From positions 20,172,101 to 20,236,100 of the forward strand of contig NC_092677.1 of assembly GCF_964355755.1 (NCBI RefSeq): 64,000 nucleotides of DNA. Reading direction: 5' to 3'. Shown here piece after piece: positions 9,681 through 22,716 of this stretch (position 1 is its first letter; every line of letters begins with the position of its first letter). The DNA is from Antedon mediterranea. Lineage: Eukaryota > Animalia > Echinodermata. The notes under the pieces were generated by a model. That model worked only from the letters and a program-made list of their open reading frames with translations. It ran no database searches and was not told where the DNA came from. The position numbers and the translations under genes are program-made.

Positions 9681-11295
9681 TTTTAGACCATTTTGTTCAT
9701 TTCGATGAAACTTGGTTACACAAAAACATCAAATTGCACAAAATAGCTTAATATGGTATTGGAAAACGTTTTAGACCATTTTGAGCATTTCGAGAAAACT
9801 TTTTCACACAAAACTTCAAAGTGTACAGAATAGCTTCAAATCGCATTAGAAACCGTTTTAGACCATTTTAAGCATTTCGATAAAACTTTTCACACAAAAA
9901 CATCAAAGAGCACAAAATAGCTTAATATAGTATTTAAAAACGTTTTAGACCATTTTGAGCATTTCGACAAAACTTTTTCACACAAAACATCAAAGTGTAC
10001 AGAATAGCTTCAAATCGCATTTGGAGATGTTTTAGACCATTTTGTGATTTTCGAAAAATCTTGTTAACATAAAAACACCAAAGAGCTAAAAATAGCTTCA
10101 AATCGCATTTGGAGACGTTTTAGACCCTTTTGTGCATTTCGATGAAACTTGGTTACACAAAAACATCAAAGTACACAACATAGCTTAATATCGTATTTAA
10201 AAACGTTTTAGACCATTTTCGAGCATTTCGAAAAAACTTTTTCACACAAAACATCAAAGTGTACAGAATAGCTTCAAATCGCATTTGGAGACGTTTTAGA
10301 CCATTTTGTGATTTTCGAAAAAAACCTGTTAACATAAAAACACCAAAGTGATAAGAATAGCTTCAAATCGCATTTGGAGACGTTTTAGACCAATTTGTGA
10401 TTTTCGAAAAAACTTGTTAACATAAAAACACCAAAGTGCTAAGAATAGCTTCAAATCGCATTTGGAGACGTTTTAGACCATTTTGTGATTTTCGAAAAAA
10501 CTTGTTAACATAAAAACACCAAAGTTCTTAGAAAAGCTTCAAATCGCATTTGGAGACGTTTTAGACCATTTTGTTCATTTCGATGAAACTTGGTTACACA
10601 AAAACATCAAATTGCACAAAATAGCTTAATATGGTATTCGAAAACGTTTTAGACCATTTTGAGCATTTCGAGAAAACTTTTTCACACAAAACTTCAAAGT
10701 GTACAGAACAGCTTCAAATCGCATTAGAAACCGTTTTAGACCATTTTGAGCATTTCGATAAAACTTTTCACACAAAAACATCAAAGAGCACAAAATAGCT
10801 TAATATTGTATTTAAAAACGTTTTAGACCATTTTGAGCATTTCGACAAAACTTTTTCACACAAAACATCAAAGTGTACAGAATAGCTTCAAATCGCATTT
10901 GGAGACGTTTTAGACCATTTTGTGATTTTCGAAAAAAACCTGTTAACATAAAAACACCAAAGTGATAAGAATAGCTTCAAATCGCATTTGGAGACGTTTT
11001 AGACCAATTTGTGATTTTCGAAAAAACTTGTTAACATAAAAACACCAAAGTGTTAAGAATAGCTTCAAATCGCATTTGGAGACGTTTTAGACCCTTTTGT
11101 GCATTTCGATGAAACTTGGTTACACAAAAACATCAAAGTGCTTTTAAGCACTTTGATCACATTAGAAACCGTTTTAGACCATTTTGAGCATTTCGTTAAA
11201 ACTTTTCACACAAAACATCAAAGTGTACAGAATAGCTTTAAATCGCATTAGGAGACGTTTTAGAAAATTTTGTGATTTTCGAAAAAACTTTTTAA
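9680..11295. repeat. Satellite A, ~88-bp monomer with ~878-bp higher-order periodicity
   Basis: TTTTAGACCATTTTG...AATAGCTTCAAATCGCATTTGGAGACG recurs every 87-89 bp (e.g. 10381 to 10469). A distinctive variant at 9683 recurs at 10561. Confidence 0.95.
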
Positions 11296-11832
11296 CTCTC
11301 TCTCTCGCTGATCTATCTATCTCTCTCGCTGATCTATCTCTCTCTCGCTGATCTATCTATCTCTCTCTCGCTGATCTATCTATCTCTCTCTCGCTGATCT
11401 ATCTCTCTCTCGCTGATCTATCTCTATCTCGCTCATCTACCTCTCTCTCTCTCGCTGATCTATCTATCTCTCTCGCTGATCTATCTATCTCTCTCGCTGA
11501 TCTATCTATTTATCTCTCTCTGATCTATCTCTCTCTCTCGCTGATCTATCTATCTATCTATCTCTCTCTCGCTGATCTATATCTCTCTCTCGCTGATCTA
11601 TCTATCTCTCTCTCTCGCTGATCTATTTCTCCCTCTCTCGCTGATCTATTTCTCTCTCGCTGATCTATCTCTTTATCGCTGATCTATCTCTCTCTCGCTG
11701 ATCTATCTCTCTCTCTCGCTGATCTATCTCTCTCTCTCGCTGATCTATCTCTCTCTCGCTGATCTATCTCTCTCCCGCTGTTCTATCTCTCTCTCGCTGA
11801 TCTTTCTCTCTCTCTCTCTCTCTCGCTGATCT
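11296..11832. repeat. Compound CT minisatellite block 1: [CGCTGATCTAT(CTAT)0-2(CT)n]
   Basis: Direct reading; modal units ~17-25 bp. Confidence 0.97.
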
Positions 11833-12037
11833 CACATTCAATTCACCAGGAAAAAAAAGTAGTGAGCCCTCTATCGGCAGCGAATCGTTTTTGCACACGA
11901 GACAGTGTGAACAATTACCCGGAAGCAACTTTGTTTTTAAAAATAAATATTAAGTTTTTGCAAACTGGCCAATTGGAACTTTTGGTTTTATTTACTAATG
12001 AATAATTCATGAAAACCTTTGACACAGCATCTACGAA
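11833..12037. repeat. ~205-bp non-satellite spacer, copy 1 (copy 2 at 17198-17402)
   Basis: cacattcaattcaccagg...acagcatctacgaa present twice, nearly identical, offset 5365 bp. Confidence 0.92.
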
Positions 12038-12253
12038 CCATTTTAGACCATTTTGAGCATTTCGTTAAAACTTTTCACACAAAAACATCAAAGTGCACAA
12101 CATAGCTTAATATCGTATTTAAAAACGTTTTAGACCATTTTCGAGCATTTCGACAAAACTTTTTCACACAAAACATCAAAGTGTACAGAATAGCTTTAAA
12201 TCGCATTAGGAGACGTTTTAGACAATTTTGTGATTTTCGAAAAAACTTTTTAA
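12038..12253. repeat. Satellite A short block (~2.5 monomers)
   Basis: Same monomer as 9680-11295. Confidence 0.93.
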
Positions 12254-12845
12254 CTCTCTCTCTCGCTGATCTATCTATCTCTCTCGCTGATCTATCTCTC
12301 TCTCGCTGATCTATCTATCTCTCTCTCGCTGATCTATCTATCTCCCTCTCGCTGATCTATCTCTCTCTCGCTGATCTATCTCTATCTCGCTGATCTACCT
12401 CTCTCTCTCTCGCTGATCTATCTATCTCTCTCGCTGATCTATCTATCTCTCTCGCTGATCTATCTATTTATCTCTCTCTGATCTATCTCTCTCTCGCTGA
12501 TCTATCTATCTATCTATCTCTCTCTCGCTGATCTATATTTCTCTCTCGCTGATCTATCTATCTCTCTCTCTCGCTGATCTATTTCTCCCTCTCTCGCTGA
12601 TCTATTTCTCTCTCGCTGATCTATCTCTTTATCGCTGATCTATCTCTCTCTCGCTGATCTATCTCTCTCTCTCGCTGATCTATCTCTCTCTCTCTCGCTG
12701 ATCTATCTCTCTCTCGCTGATCTATCTCTCTCCCGCTGTTCTATCTCTCTCTCGCTGATCTTTCTCTCTCTCTCTCGCTGATCTATCTCTCTCTCGCTGA
12801 TCTTCTATCTCTCTCTCGCTGATCTATCTCTCTCTCGCTGATCTA

Positions 12846-12882
<37 letters not shown>

Positions 12883-15800
12883 TCTATCTCTCTCTCGCTG
12901 ATCTATCTCTCTCTCGCTGATCTATATCTCTCTCGCTGATATATCTCTCTCGCTGATCTATCTCTCTCGCTGATCTCTCTCTCTCTTGCTGATCTATCTC
13001 TCTCTCGCTGATCTATCTCTCTCTCGCTGATCTACTTATCTCTCTCTCGCTGATCTATCACTCTCTCGCTGATCTATCTATCTCTCTCTCGCTGATCTAT
13101 CTCTCTCTCACTGATCTATTTCTCTCTCGCTGATCTATCTATCTCTCTCTCGCTGATCTATCTCTCTATCGCTGATCTATCTCTCTCTCGCTGATCTTTC
13201 TCTCTCTCTCGCTGATCTATCTCTCTCTCTCTCTCTCGCTGATCTATCTCTCTCTCTCACGCTGATCTATCTCTCTCTCTCGCTGATCTATCTCTATCTC
13301 TCTCGCTGATCTATCTCTCTCTCGCTGATCTATCTCTCTCTCTTGCTGATCTATCTCTCTCTCGCTGATCTATCTCTCTCTCTGATCTATCTCTCTCTCT
13401 CTCGCTGATCTATTTCTCTCTCTCGCTTATCTATCTCTCTCTCTCTCGCTGATCTATCTCTCCCTCTCTCGCTGATCTATCTCTCTCTTTCGCTGATCTA
13501 TCTCTCTCTCTCTCTCGCTGATCTATCTCTCTCTCGCTGATCTATCTCCCTCTCTCGCTGATTTATCTCTCTCTCGCTGATCCATCTCTCTCTCTCTTGC
13601 TGATCTATCTCTCTCTCGCTGATCTATCTCTCTCTCTCGCTGATCTATCTCTCTCTCTCGCTGATCTATCTCTCTCTCGCTTATCTATCTCTCTCTCTCG
13701 CTGATCTATCTCTCTCTCTCTCTCTCGCTGATCTATCTCTCTCTCGCTGATCTATCCCTCTCTCTCTCTCGCTGATCTATCTCTCTCTCTCGCTGATCTA
13801 TCTCTCTCTCGCTGATCTATCTATCTCTCTCGCTGATCTATCTCTCTCTCGCTGATCTATCTATCTCTCTCTCGCTGATCTATCTATCTCTCTCTCGCTG
13901 ATCTATCTATCTCTCTCTCGCTGATCTATCTATCTCTCTCTCGCTGATCTATCTCTCTCTCGCTGATCTATCTATCTCTCTCTCGCTGATCTATCTATCT
14001 CTCTCTCGATGATTTATCTATTTCAAACTCGCTGATCTATCTCTCTCGCTGATCTATCTATCTCTCTCTCACTGATCTATCTCTCTCTCGCTGATCTACC
14101 TATCTCTCTCTCGCTGATCTATCTCTCTCTCACTGATCTATCTATCTCTCTCTCTCGCTGATCTATCTCTCTCTCGCTGATCTATCTATCTCCCTCTCGC
14201 TGATCTATCTCTCTCTCGCTGATCTATCTATCTCTCTCGCTGATCTATCTCTCTCTCGCTGATCTATCTATCTCTCTCTCGCTGATCTATCTATCTCTCT
14301 CTTGCTGATCTATCCCTCTCTCGCTGATCTATCTATCTCTCTCGCTGATCTATCTCTCTCTCGCTGATCTATCTATCTCTCTCTCGCTGATCCATCTATC
14401 TCTCTCTCGCTGATCTATCTCTCTCTCGCTAATCTATCTATCTCTCTCTGTCGCTTATCTATCTATCTCTCTCTCGGTGATCGACCTCTCTCTCTCGCTG
14501 ATCTATCTATATCTCTCGCTGATCTATCTATCTATCTGTCGCTGATCTATCTCTCTCTCTCTCGCTGATCTATCTCTCTCTCGCTGTTCCATCTAACTCT
14601 CTCTCACTGATCTATTTCTCTCTCTCTCTCGCTGATCTATCTCTCTCTCGCTGATCTCTCTCTCTCTCGCTGATCTATCTCCCTCTCTCGCTGATTTATC
14701 TCTCTCTCGCTGATCTATCTCTCTCTCTCGCTGATCTATCTCTCTCTCGCTGATATATCTCTCTCTCGCTGATCTATCTCTCTCTCGCTGATCTATATCT
14801 CTCTCTGGCTGATCTATCTCTCTCTCGCTGATCTATCTCTCTCTCTCGCTGATCTATCTCTCTCTCGCTGATCTATCTCTCTCTCTCTCGCTGATCTATC
14901 TCTCTCTCGCTGATCTACCTCTCTCGCTGATCTATCTATCTCTCTCGCTGATCTATCTCTCTCTCGCTGATCTATCTATCTCTCTCTCGCTGATCTATCT
15001 ATCTCTCTCTCGCTGATCTATCTATCTCTCTCTCGATGATCTATCTATCTCTCTCTCGCTGATCTATCTCTCTCTCGCTGATCTATCTCTCTCTCTCTCG
15101 CTGATCTATCTCTCTCTCTCTCTCTCGCTGATCTATCTCTCTCTCGCTGATCTATCTCTCTCTCTCTCGCTGATCTATCTCTCTCGCTGATCTATCTATC
15201 TCTCTCGCTGATCTATCTCTCTCTCGCTGATCTATCTATCTCTCTCTCGCTGATCTATCTATCTCTCTCTCGCTGATCTATCTATCTCTCTCTCGCTGAT
15301 CTATCTATCTCTCTCTCGCTGATCTATCTCTCTCTCGCTGATCTATCTATCTCTCTCTCGCTGATCTATCTATCTCTCTCTCTCGCTGATTTATCTATTT
15401 CACTCTCGCTGATCTATCTCTCTCGCTGATCTATCTATCTCTCTCTCACTGATCTATCTCTCTCCCGCTGATCTATCTATCTCTCTCTCACTAATCTTTC
15501 TCTATCTCACTGATCTATCTATCTCTCTCTCGCTGATCTATCTCTCTCTCGCTGATCTATCTATCTCTCTCTCGCTGGTCTATCTCTCTCTCGCTGATCT
15601 ATCTATCTCTCTCGCTGATCTGTCTCTCTCTCTCGCTGATCTATCTATCTCTCTCTCGTTGATCCATCTATCTCTCTCTCGCTGATCTATCTCTCTCTCT
15701 CGCTGATCTATCTATCTCTCTCTCTCGCTGATCTATCTATCTCTCTCTCGCTGATCTACCTCTCTCTCTCTCTCTCGCTGATATATCTATCTCTCTCGCT

Positions 15801-17197
15801 GATCTATCTATATCTCTCGCTGATCTACCTCTCTCTCTCTCTCGCTGATCTATCTATCTCTCTCGCTGATCTATCTATATCTCTCGCTGATCTATCTCTC
15901 TCTCGCTGTTCTATCTATCTCTCTCTCGCTGATCCATCTATCTCTCTCTCGCTGATCTATCTCTCTCTCGCTAATCTATCTATCTCTCTCTCGCTGATCC
16001 ATCTATCTCTCTCTCGCTGATCTATCTCTCTCTCGCTAATCTATCTATCTCTCTCTCGCTGATCTATCTTTCTCTCTCTCGCTGATCTACCTCTCTCTCT
16101 CGCTGATCTATCTATCTCTCTCGCTGATCTATCTATATCTCTCGCTGATCTATCTATCTATCTCTCGCTGATCTATCTCTTTCTCTCTCGCTGATCTATC
16201 TCTCTCTCGCTGATCTATCTATCTCCCTCTCGCTGATCTATCTCTCTCTCGCTGATCTATCTATCTCTCTCGCTGATCTATCTCTCTCTCGCTGATCTAT
16301 CTATCTCTCTCTCGCTGATCTATCTATCTCTCTCTTGCTGATCTATCTCTCTCTCGCTGATCTATCTCTCTCTCTCGCTGATCTATCTCTCTGTCGCTGA
16401 TCTATCTCTCTCTCTCGCTGATCTATCTCTCTCTCACTGATCTATCTCTCTCTCTCTCCCCGATCTATCTCTCTCTCGCTGATCTATCTCTCTCTCGCTG
16501 ATCTATCTCTCTCTCTCTCTCGCTGATCTATCTCTCTCTCTCGCTGATCTATCTCTCTCGCTGATCTATCTATCTCTCTCACTGATCTATCTCTCTCTCG
16601 CTGATCTATCTATCTCTCTCTCGCTGATCTATCTCTCTCGCTGATCTATCTATCTCTCTCTCGCTGATTTATCTATTTCACTCTCGCTGATCTCTCTCTC
16701 TCGCTGATCTATCTATTTATCTCTCTCTGATCTATCTCTCTTTCGCTGATCTATCTCTCTCTCGCTGATCTATCTCTCTCTCGCTGATCTATCTATCTCT
16801 CTCTCGCTGATTTATCTATCTCTCTCTCGCTGATCTATCTATCTCTCTCTCTCGCTGATCTATCTCTCTCTCTCACTGATCTTTCTCTCTCTCACCGATC
16901 TATCTATCTCTCTCTCGCTGATCTATCTCTCTCTCGCTGATCTATATCTCTCTCTCGCTGATCTATCTATCTCTCTCTCTCGCTGATCTATTTCTCCCTC
17001 TCTCGCTGATCTATTTCTCTCTCGCTGATCTATCTCTTTATCGCTGATCTATCTCTCTCTCGCTGATCTATCTCTCTCTCTCTCTCGCTGATCTATCTCT
17101 CTCTCTCGCTGATCTATCTCTCTCTCGCTGATCTATCTCTCTCCCGCTGTTCTATCTCTCTCTCACTGATCTTTCTCTCTCTCTCTCTCGCTGATCT
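12254..17197. repeat. Compound CT minisatellite block 2
   Basis: Direct reading. Confidence 0.97.
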
Positions 17198-17402
17198 CAC
17201 ATTCAATTCACCAGGGAAAAAAAGTAGTGAGCCCTCTATCGGCAGCGAATCGTTTTTGCACACGAGACAGTGTGAACAATTACCCGGAAGCAACTTTGTT
17301 TTTAAAAATAAATATTAAGTTTTTGCAAACTGGCCAATTGGAACTTTTGGTTTTATTTACTAATGAATAATTCATGAAAACCTTTGACACAGCATCTACG
17401 AA
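17198..17402. repeat. ~205-bp non-satellite spacer, copy 2
   Basis: Near-identical to 11833-12037. Confidence 0.92.
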
Positions 17403-17618
17403 CCATTTTAGACCATTTTGAGCATTTCGTTAAAACTTTTCACACAAAAACATCAAAGTGCACAACATAGCTTAATATCGTATTTAAAAATGTTTTAGAC
17501 CATTTTCGAGCATTTCGACAAAACTTTTTCACACAAAACATCAAAGTGTACAGAATAGCTTTAAATCGCATTAGGAGACGTTTTAGACAATTTTTTGATT
17601 TTCGAAAAAACTTTTTAA
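17403..17618. repeat. Satellite A short block
   Basis: Near-identical to 12038-12253. Confidence 0.93.
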
Positions 17619-18187
17619 CTCTCTCTCTCGCTGATCTATCTATCTCTCTCGCTGATCTATCTCTCTCTCGCTGATCTATCTATCTCTCTCTCGCTGATCT
17701 ATCTATCTCTCTCTCGCTGATCTATCTCTCTCTCGCTGATCTATTTCTATCTCGCTGATCTACCTCTCTCTCTCTCGCTGATCTATCTATCTCTCTCGCT
17801 GATCTATCTATCTCTCTCGCTGATCTATCTATTTATCTCTCTCTGATCTATCTCTCTCTCGCTGATCTATCTATCTATCTATCTCTCTCTCGCTGATCTA
17901 TATCTCTCTCTCGCTGATCTATATATCTCTCTCTCTCGCTGATCTATTTCTCCCTCTCTCGCTGATCTATCTCTTTATCGCTGATCTATATCTCTCTCGC
18001 TGATCTATCTCTCTCTCTCGTTGATCTATCTCTCTCTCTCGCTGATCTATCTCTCTCTCGCTGATCTATCTCTCTCCCACTGTTCTATCTCTCTCTCGCT
18101 GATCTTTCTCTCTCTCTCTCTCGCTGATCATCTATCTCTCTCTCGCTGATCTATCTCTCTCTCGCTGATCTATCTCTCTCTCTCTCT

Positions 18188-18278
<91 letters not shown>

Positions 18279-21200
18279 TCTATCTCTCTCTCGCTGATCT
18301 ATCTCTCTCTCTCGCTGATCTATATCTCTCTCGCTGATATATCTCTCTCGCTGATCTATCTCTCTCTCGCTGATCTATCTCTCTCTCTCTCTCTCGCTGA
18401 TCTCTCTCTCTCTTGCTGATCTATCTCTTTCTCGCTGATCTATCTCTCTCTCGCTGATCTATCTCTCTCTCTCGCTGATCTATCTCTCTCTCGCTGATCT
18501 ATCTATCTCTCTCTCGCTGATCTATCACTCTCTCGCTGATCTATCTATCTCTCTCTCGCTGATCTATCTCTCTCTCACTGATCTATTTCTCTCTCGCTGA
18601 TCTATCTATCTCTCTCTCGCTGATCTATCTCTCTCTCGCTGATCTATCTATCTCTCTCTCGCTGATCTTTCTCTCTCTCTCGCTGATCTATCTATCTCTC
18701 TCTCTCGCTGATCTATCTCTCTCTCTCACGCTGATCTATCTCTCTCTCTCGCTGATCTATCTCTATCTCTCTCGCTGATCTATCTCTCTCTCGCTGATCT
18801 ATCTCTCTCTCTTGCTGATCTATCTCTCTCTCGCTGATCTATCTCTCTCTCTGATCTATCTCTCTCTCTCTCGCTGATCTATTTCTCTCTCTCGCTTATC
18901 TATCTCTCTCTCTCGCTGATCTATCTCTCTCTCTCTCTCGCTGATCTATCTCTCTCTTTCACTGATCTATCTCTCTCTCTCTCTCTCGCTGATCTATCTC
19001 TCTCTCGCTGATCTATTTCTCTCTCTCTCTCGCTGATCTATCTCTCTCTCGCTGATCTATCTCCCTCTCTCGCTGATTTATCTCTCTCTCGCTGATCTAT
19101 CTCTCTCTCTTGCTGATCTATCTCTCTCTCGCTGATCTATCTCTCTCTCTCTCGCTGATCTATCTCTCTCTCGCTGATCTATCTCTCTCTCTCGCTGATC
19201 TATCTCTCTCTCGCTTATCTATCTCTCTCTCTCGCTGATCTATCTCTCTCTCTCTCTATCGCTGATCTATCTCTCTCTCGCTGATCTATCTCTCTCTCTC
19301 TCGCTGATCTATCTCTCTCTCGCTGATCTATCTATCTATCTCTCTCGCTGATCTATCTCTCTCTCGCTGATCTATCTATCTCTCTCTCGCTGATCTATCT
19401 ATCTCTCTCTCGCTGATCTATCTATCTCTCTCTCGCTGATCTATCTCTCTCTCGCTGATCTATCTATCTCTCTCTCGCTGATCTATCTATCTCTCTCTCG
19501 ATGATTTATCTATTTCACTCTCGCTGATCTATCTCTCTCGCTGATCTATCTATCTCTCTCTCACTGATCTATCTCTCTCTCGCTGATCTATCTATCTCTC
19601 TCTCGCTGATCTATCTCTCTCTCACTGATCTATCTATCTCTCTCTCTCGCTGATCTATCTCTCTCTCGCTGATCTATCTATCTCCCTCTCGCTGATCTAT
19701 CTGTCTCTCGCTGATCTATCTATCTCTCTCGCTGATCTATCTCTCTCTCGCTGATCTATCTATCTCTCTCTCGCTGATCTATCTATCTCTCTCTCGCTGA
19801 TCTATCTCTCTCTCGCTGATCTATCTATCTCTCTCGCTGATCTATCTCTCTCTCGCTGATCTATCTATCTCTCTCGCTGATCTATCTCTCTCTCGCTGAT
19901 CTATCTATCTCTCTCTCGCTGATCCATCTATCTCTCTCTCGCTGATCTATCTCTCTCTCGCTAATCTATCTATCTCTCTCTGTCGCTTATCTATCTATCT
20001 CTCTCTCGCTGATCTACCTCTCTCTCTCGCTGATCTATCTATATCTCTCGCTGATCTATCTATCTATCTCTCGCTGATCTATCTCTCTCTCTCTCGCTGA
20101 TCTATCTATCTCTCTCTCTCTCTCACTGATCTATCTCTGTCTCGCTGTTCCATCTAACTCTCTCTCACTGATCTATTTCTCTCTCTCTCTCGCTGATCTA
20201 TCTCTCTCTCGCTGATCTATCTCTCTGTCGCTGATCTATCTCCCTCTCTCGCTGATTTATCTCTCTCTCGCTGATCTATCTCTCTCTCTCTGATCTATCT
20301 CTCTCTCTCGCTGATCTATCTCTCTCTCGCTGATCTATATCTCTCTCTGGCTGATCTATCTCTCTCTCGCTGATCTATCTCTCTCTCTCGCTGATCTATC
20401 TCTCTCTCGCTGATCTATCTCTCTCTCGCTGATCTATCTCTCTCTCGCTGATCTATCTCTCTCTCGCTGATCTATCTCTCTCTCGCTGATCTACCTCTCT
20501 CGCTGATCTATCTATCTCTCTCGCTGATCTATCTCTCTCTCGCTGATCTATCTATCTCTCTCTCGCTGATCTATCTATCTCTCTCTCGCTGATCTATCTA
20601 TCTCTCTCTCGATGATCTATCTATCTCTCTCGCTGATCTATCTCTCTCTCGCTGATCTATCTATCTCTCTCTCGCTGATTTATCTATTTCACTCTCGCTG
20701 ATCTATCTCTCTCGCTGATCTATATATCTCTCTCTCGCTGATCTATCTCTCTCTCGCTGATCTATATCTCTCTCTGGCTGATCTATCTCTCTCTCGCTGA
20801 TCTATCTCTCTCTCTCGCTGATCTATCTCTCTCTCGCTGATCTATATCTCTCTCTCTCGCTGATCTATCTCTCTCTCGCTGATCTACCTCTCTCGCTGAT
20901 CTATCTATCTCTCTCGCTGATCTATCTCTCTCTCGCTGATCTATCTATCTCTCTCTCGCTGATCTATCTATCTCTCTCTCGCTGATCTATCTATCTCTCT
21001 CTCTCGCTGATCTATCTCTCTCGCTGATCTATCTATCTCTCTCTCGCTGATTTATCTATTTCACTCTCGCTGATCTATCTCTCTCGCTGATCTATATATC
21101 TCTCTCTCACTGATCTATCTCTTTCTCGCTGATCTATTTCTCTCTCGCTGATCTATCTCTCTCTCTCGCTGATCTATCTCTCTCTCTCGCTGATCTATCT

Positions 21201-22685
21201 CTCTCTCGCTGATCTATCTCTCTCCCGCTGTTCTATCTCTCTCTCACTGATCTTTCTCTCTCTCTCTCGCTGATCTATCTCTCTCTCGCTGATCTATCTC
21301 TCTCTCGCTGATCTATCTCTCTCTCGCTGATCTATCTATCTCTCTCTCGCTGATCTATCTCTCTCTCACTGATCTATCTATCTCTCTCTCTCGCTGATCT
21401 ATCTCTCTCTCGCTGATCTATCTCTCTCTCGCCGATCTATCTATCTCTCTCGCTGATCTATCTCTCTCTCACTGATCTATCTATCTCTCTCTCTCGCTGA
21501 TCTATCTATCTCTCTCTCGCTGATCTATCTATCTCTCTCTCGCTGATCTATCTATCTCTCTCTCGCTGATCCATCTATCTCTCTCTCGCTGATCTATCTC
21601 TCTCTCGCTAATCTATCTATCTCTCTCTGTCGCTGATCTATCTATCTCTCTCTCGCTGATCTACCTCTCTCTCTCGCTGATCTATCTATATCTCTCCCTG
21701 ATCTATCTATCTATCTCTCGCTGATCTATCTCTCTCTCTCGCTGATCTATCTATCTCTCTCTCTTTCTCGCTGATCTATCTCTCTCTCGCTGTTCCATCT
21801 AACTCTCTCTCACTGATCTATTTCTCTCTCTCTCTCGCTGATCTATCTCTCTCTCGCTGATCTTTCTCTCTCTCTCGCTGAACTATCTCTCTCTCTCTCT
21901 CTCTCGCTGATCTATCTCTCTCTCTCGCTGATCTATCTCTCTCTCTCGCTGATCTATCTCTCTCTCTCGCTGATCTATCTCTCTCTCTCGCTGATCTATC
22001 TCTCTCTCGCTGATCTATCTCTCTCCCGCTATTCTATCTCTCTCTCACTGATCTTTCTCTCTCTCTCTCTCTCTCTCGCTGATCTATCTCTCTCCCGCTG
22101 TTCTATCTCTCTCTCACTGATCTTTCTCTCTCTCTCTCGCTGATCTATCTCTCTCTCGCTGATCTATCTCTCTCTCGCTAATCTATCTGTCGCGGATCTA
22201 TCTCTCTCTGTCGCTGATCTATCTCTCTCTCTCTCTGATCTATCTCTCTCTCTCGCTGATCTATCTCTCTCTTTCGCTGATCTGTCTCTCTCTCGCTGAT
22301 CTGTCTCTCTCTCTCGCTGAACTGTCTCTCTGTCGCTGATCTGTCTCTCTCTCGCTGATATGTGTCTCTCTCGCTGATCTGTTTCTCTCTCGCTGATCTG
22401 TCTCTCTCTCGCTGATCTGTCTCTCTCCTCGCTGATCTATCTCTCTCTCGCTGATCTATCTCTCTCTCTCGCTGATCTATCTATCTCTCTCGTTGATCTA
22501 TCTATCTCTCTCTCGCTGATCTATCTATCTCTCTCTCTCGCTGATCTATCTCTCTCTCTCGCTGATCTCTCTCTCTCTCTCGCTGATCTATCTCCATCTC
22601 GCTGATCTATCTCTCTCTCGCTGATCTATCTCTCTCTCGCTGATCTATCTCTCTCTCGCTGATCTATCTCTCTCTCGCTGAGCTA

Positions 22686-22716
<31 letters not shown>

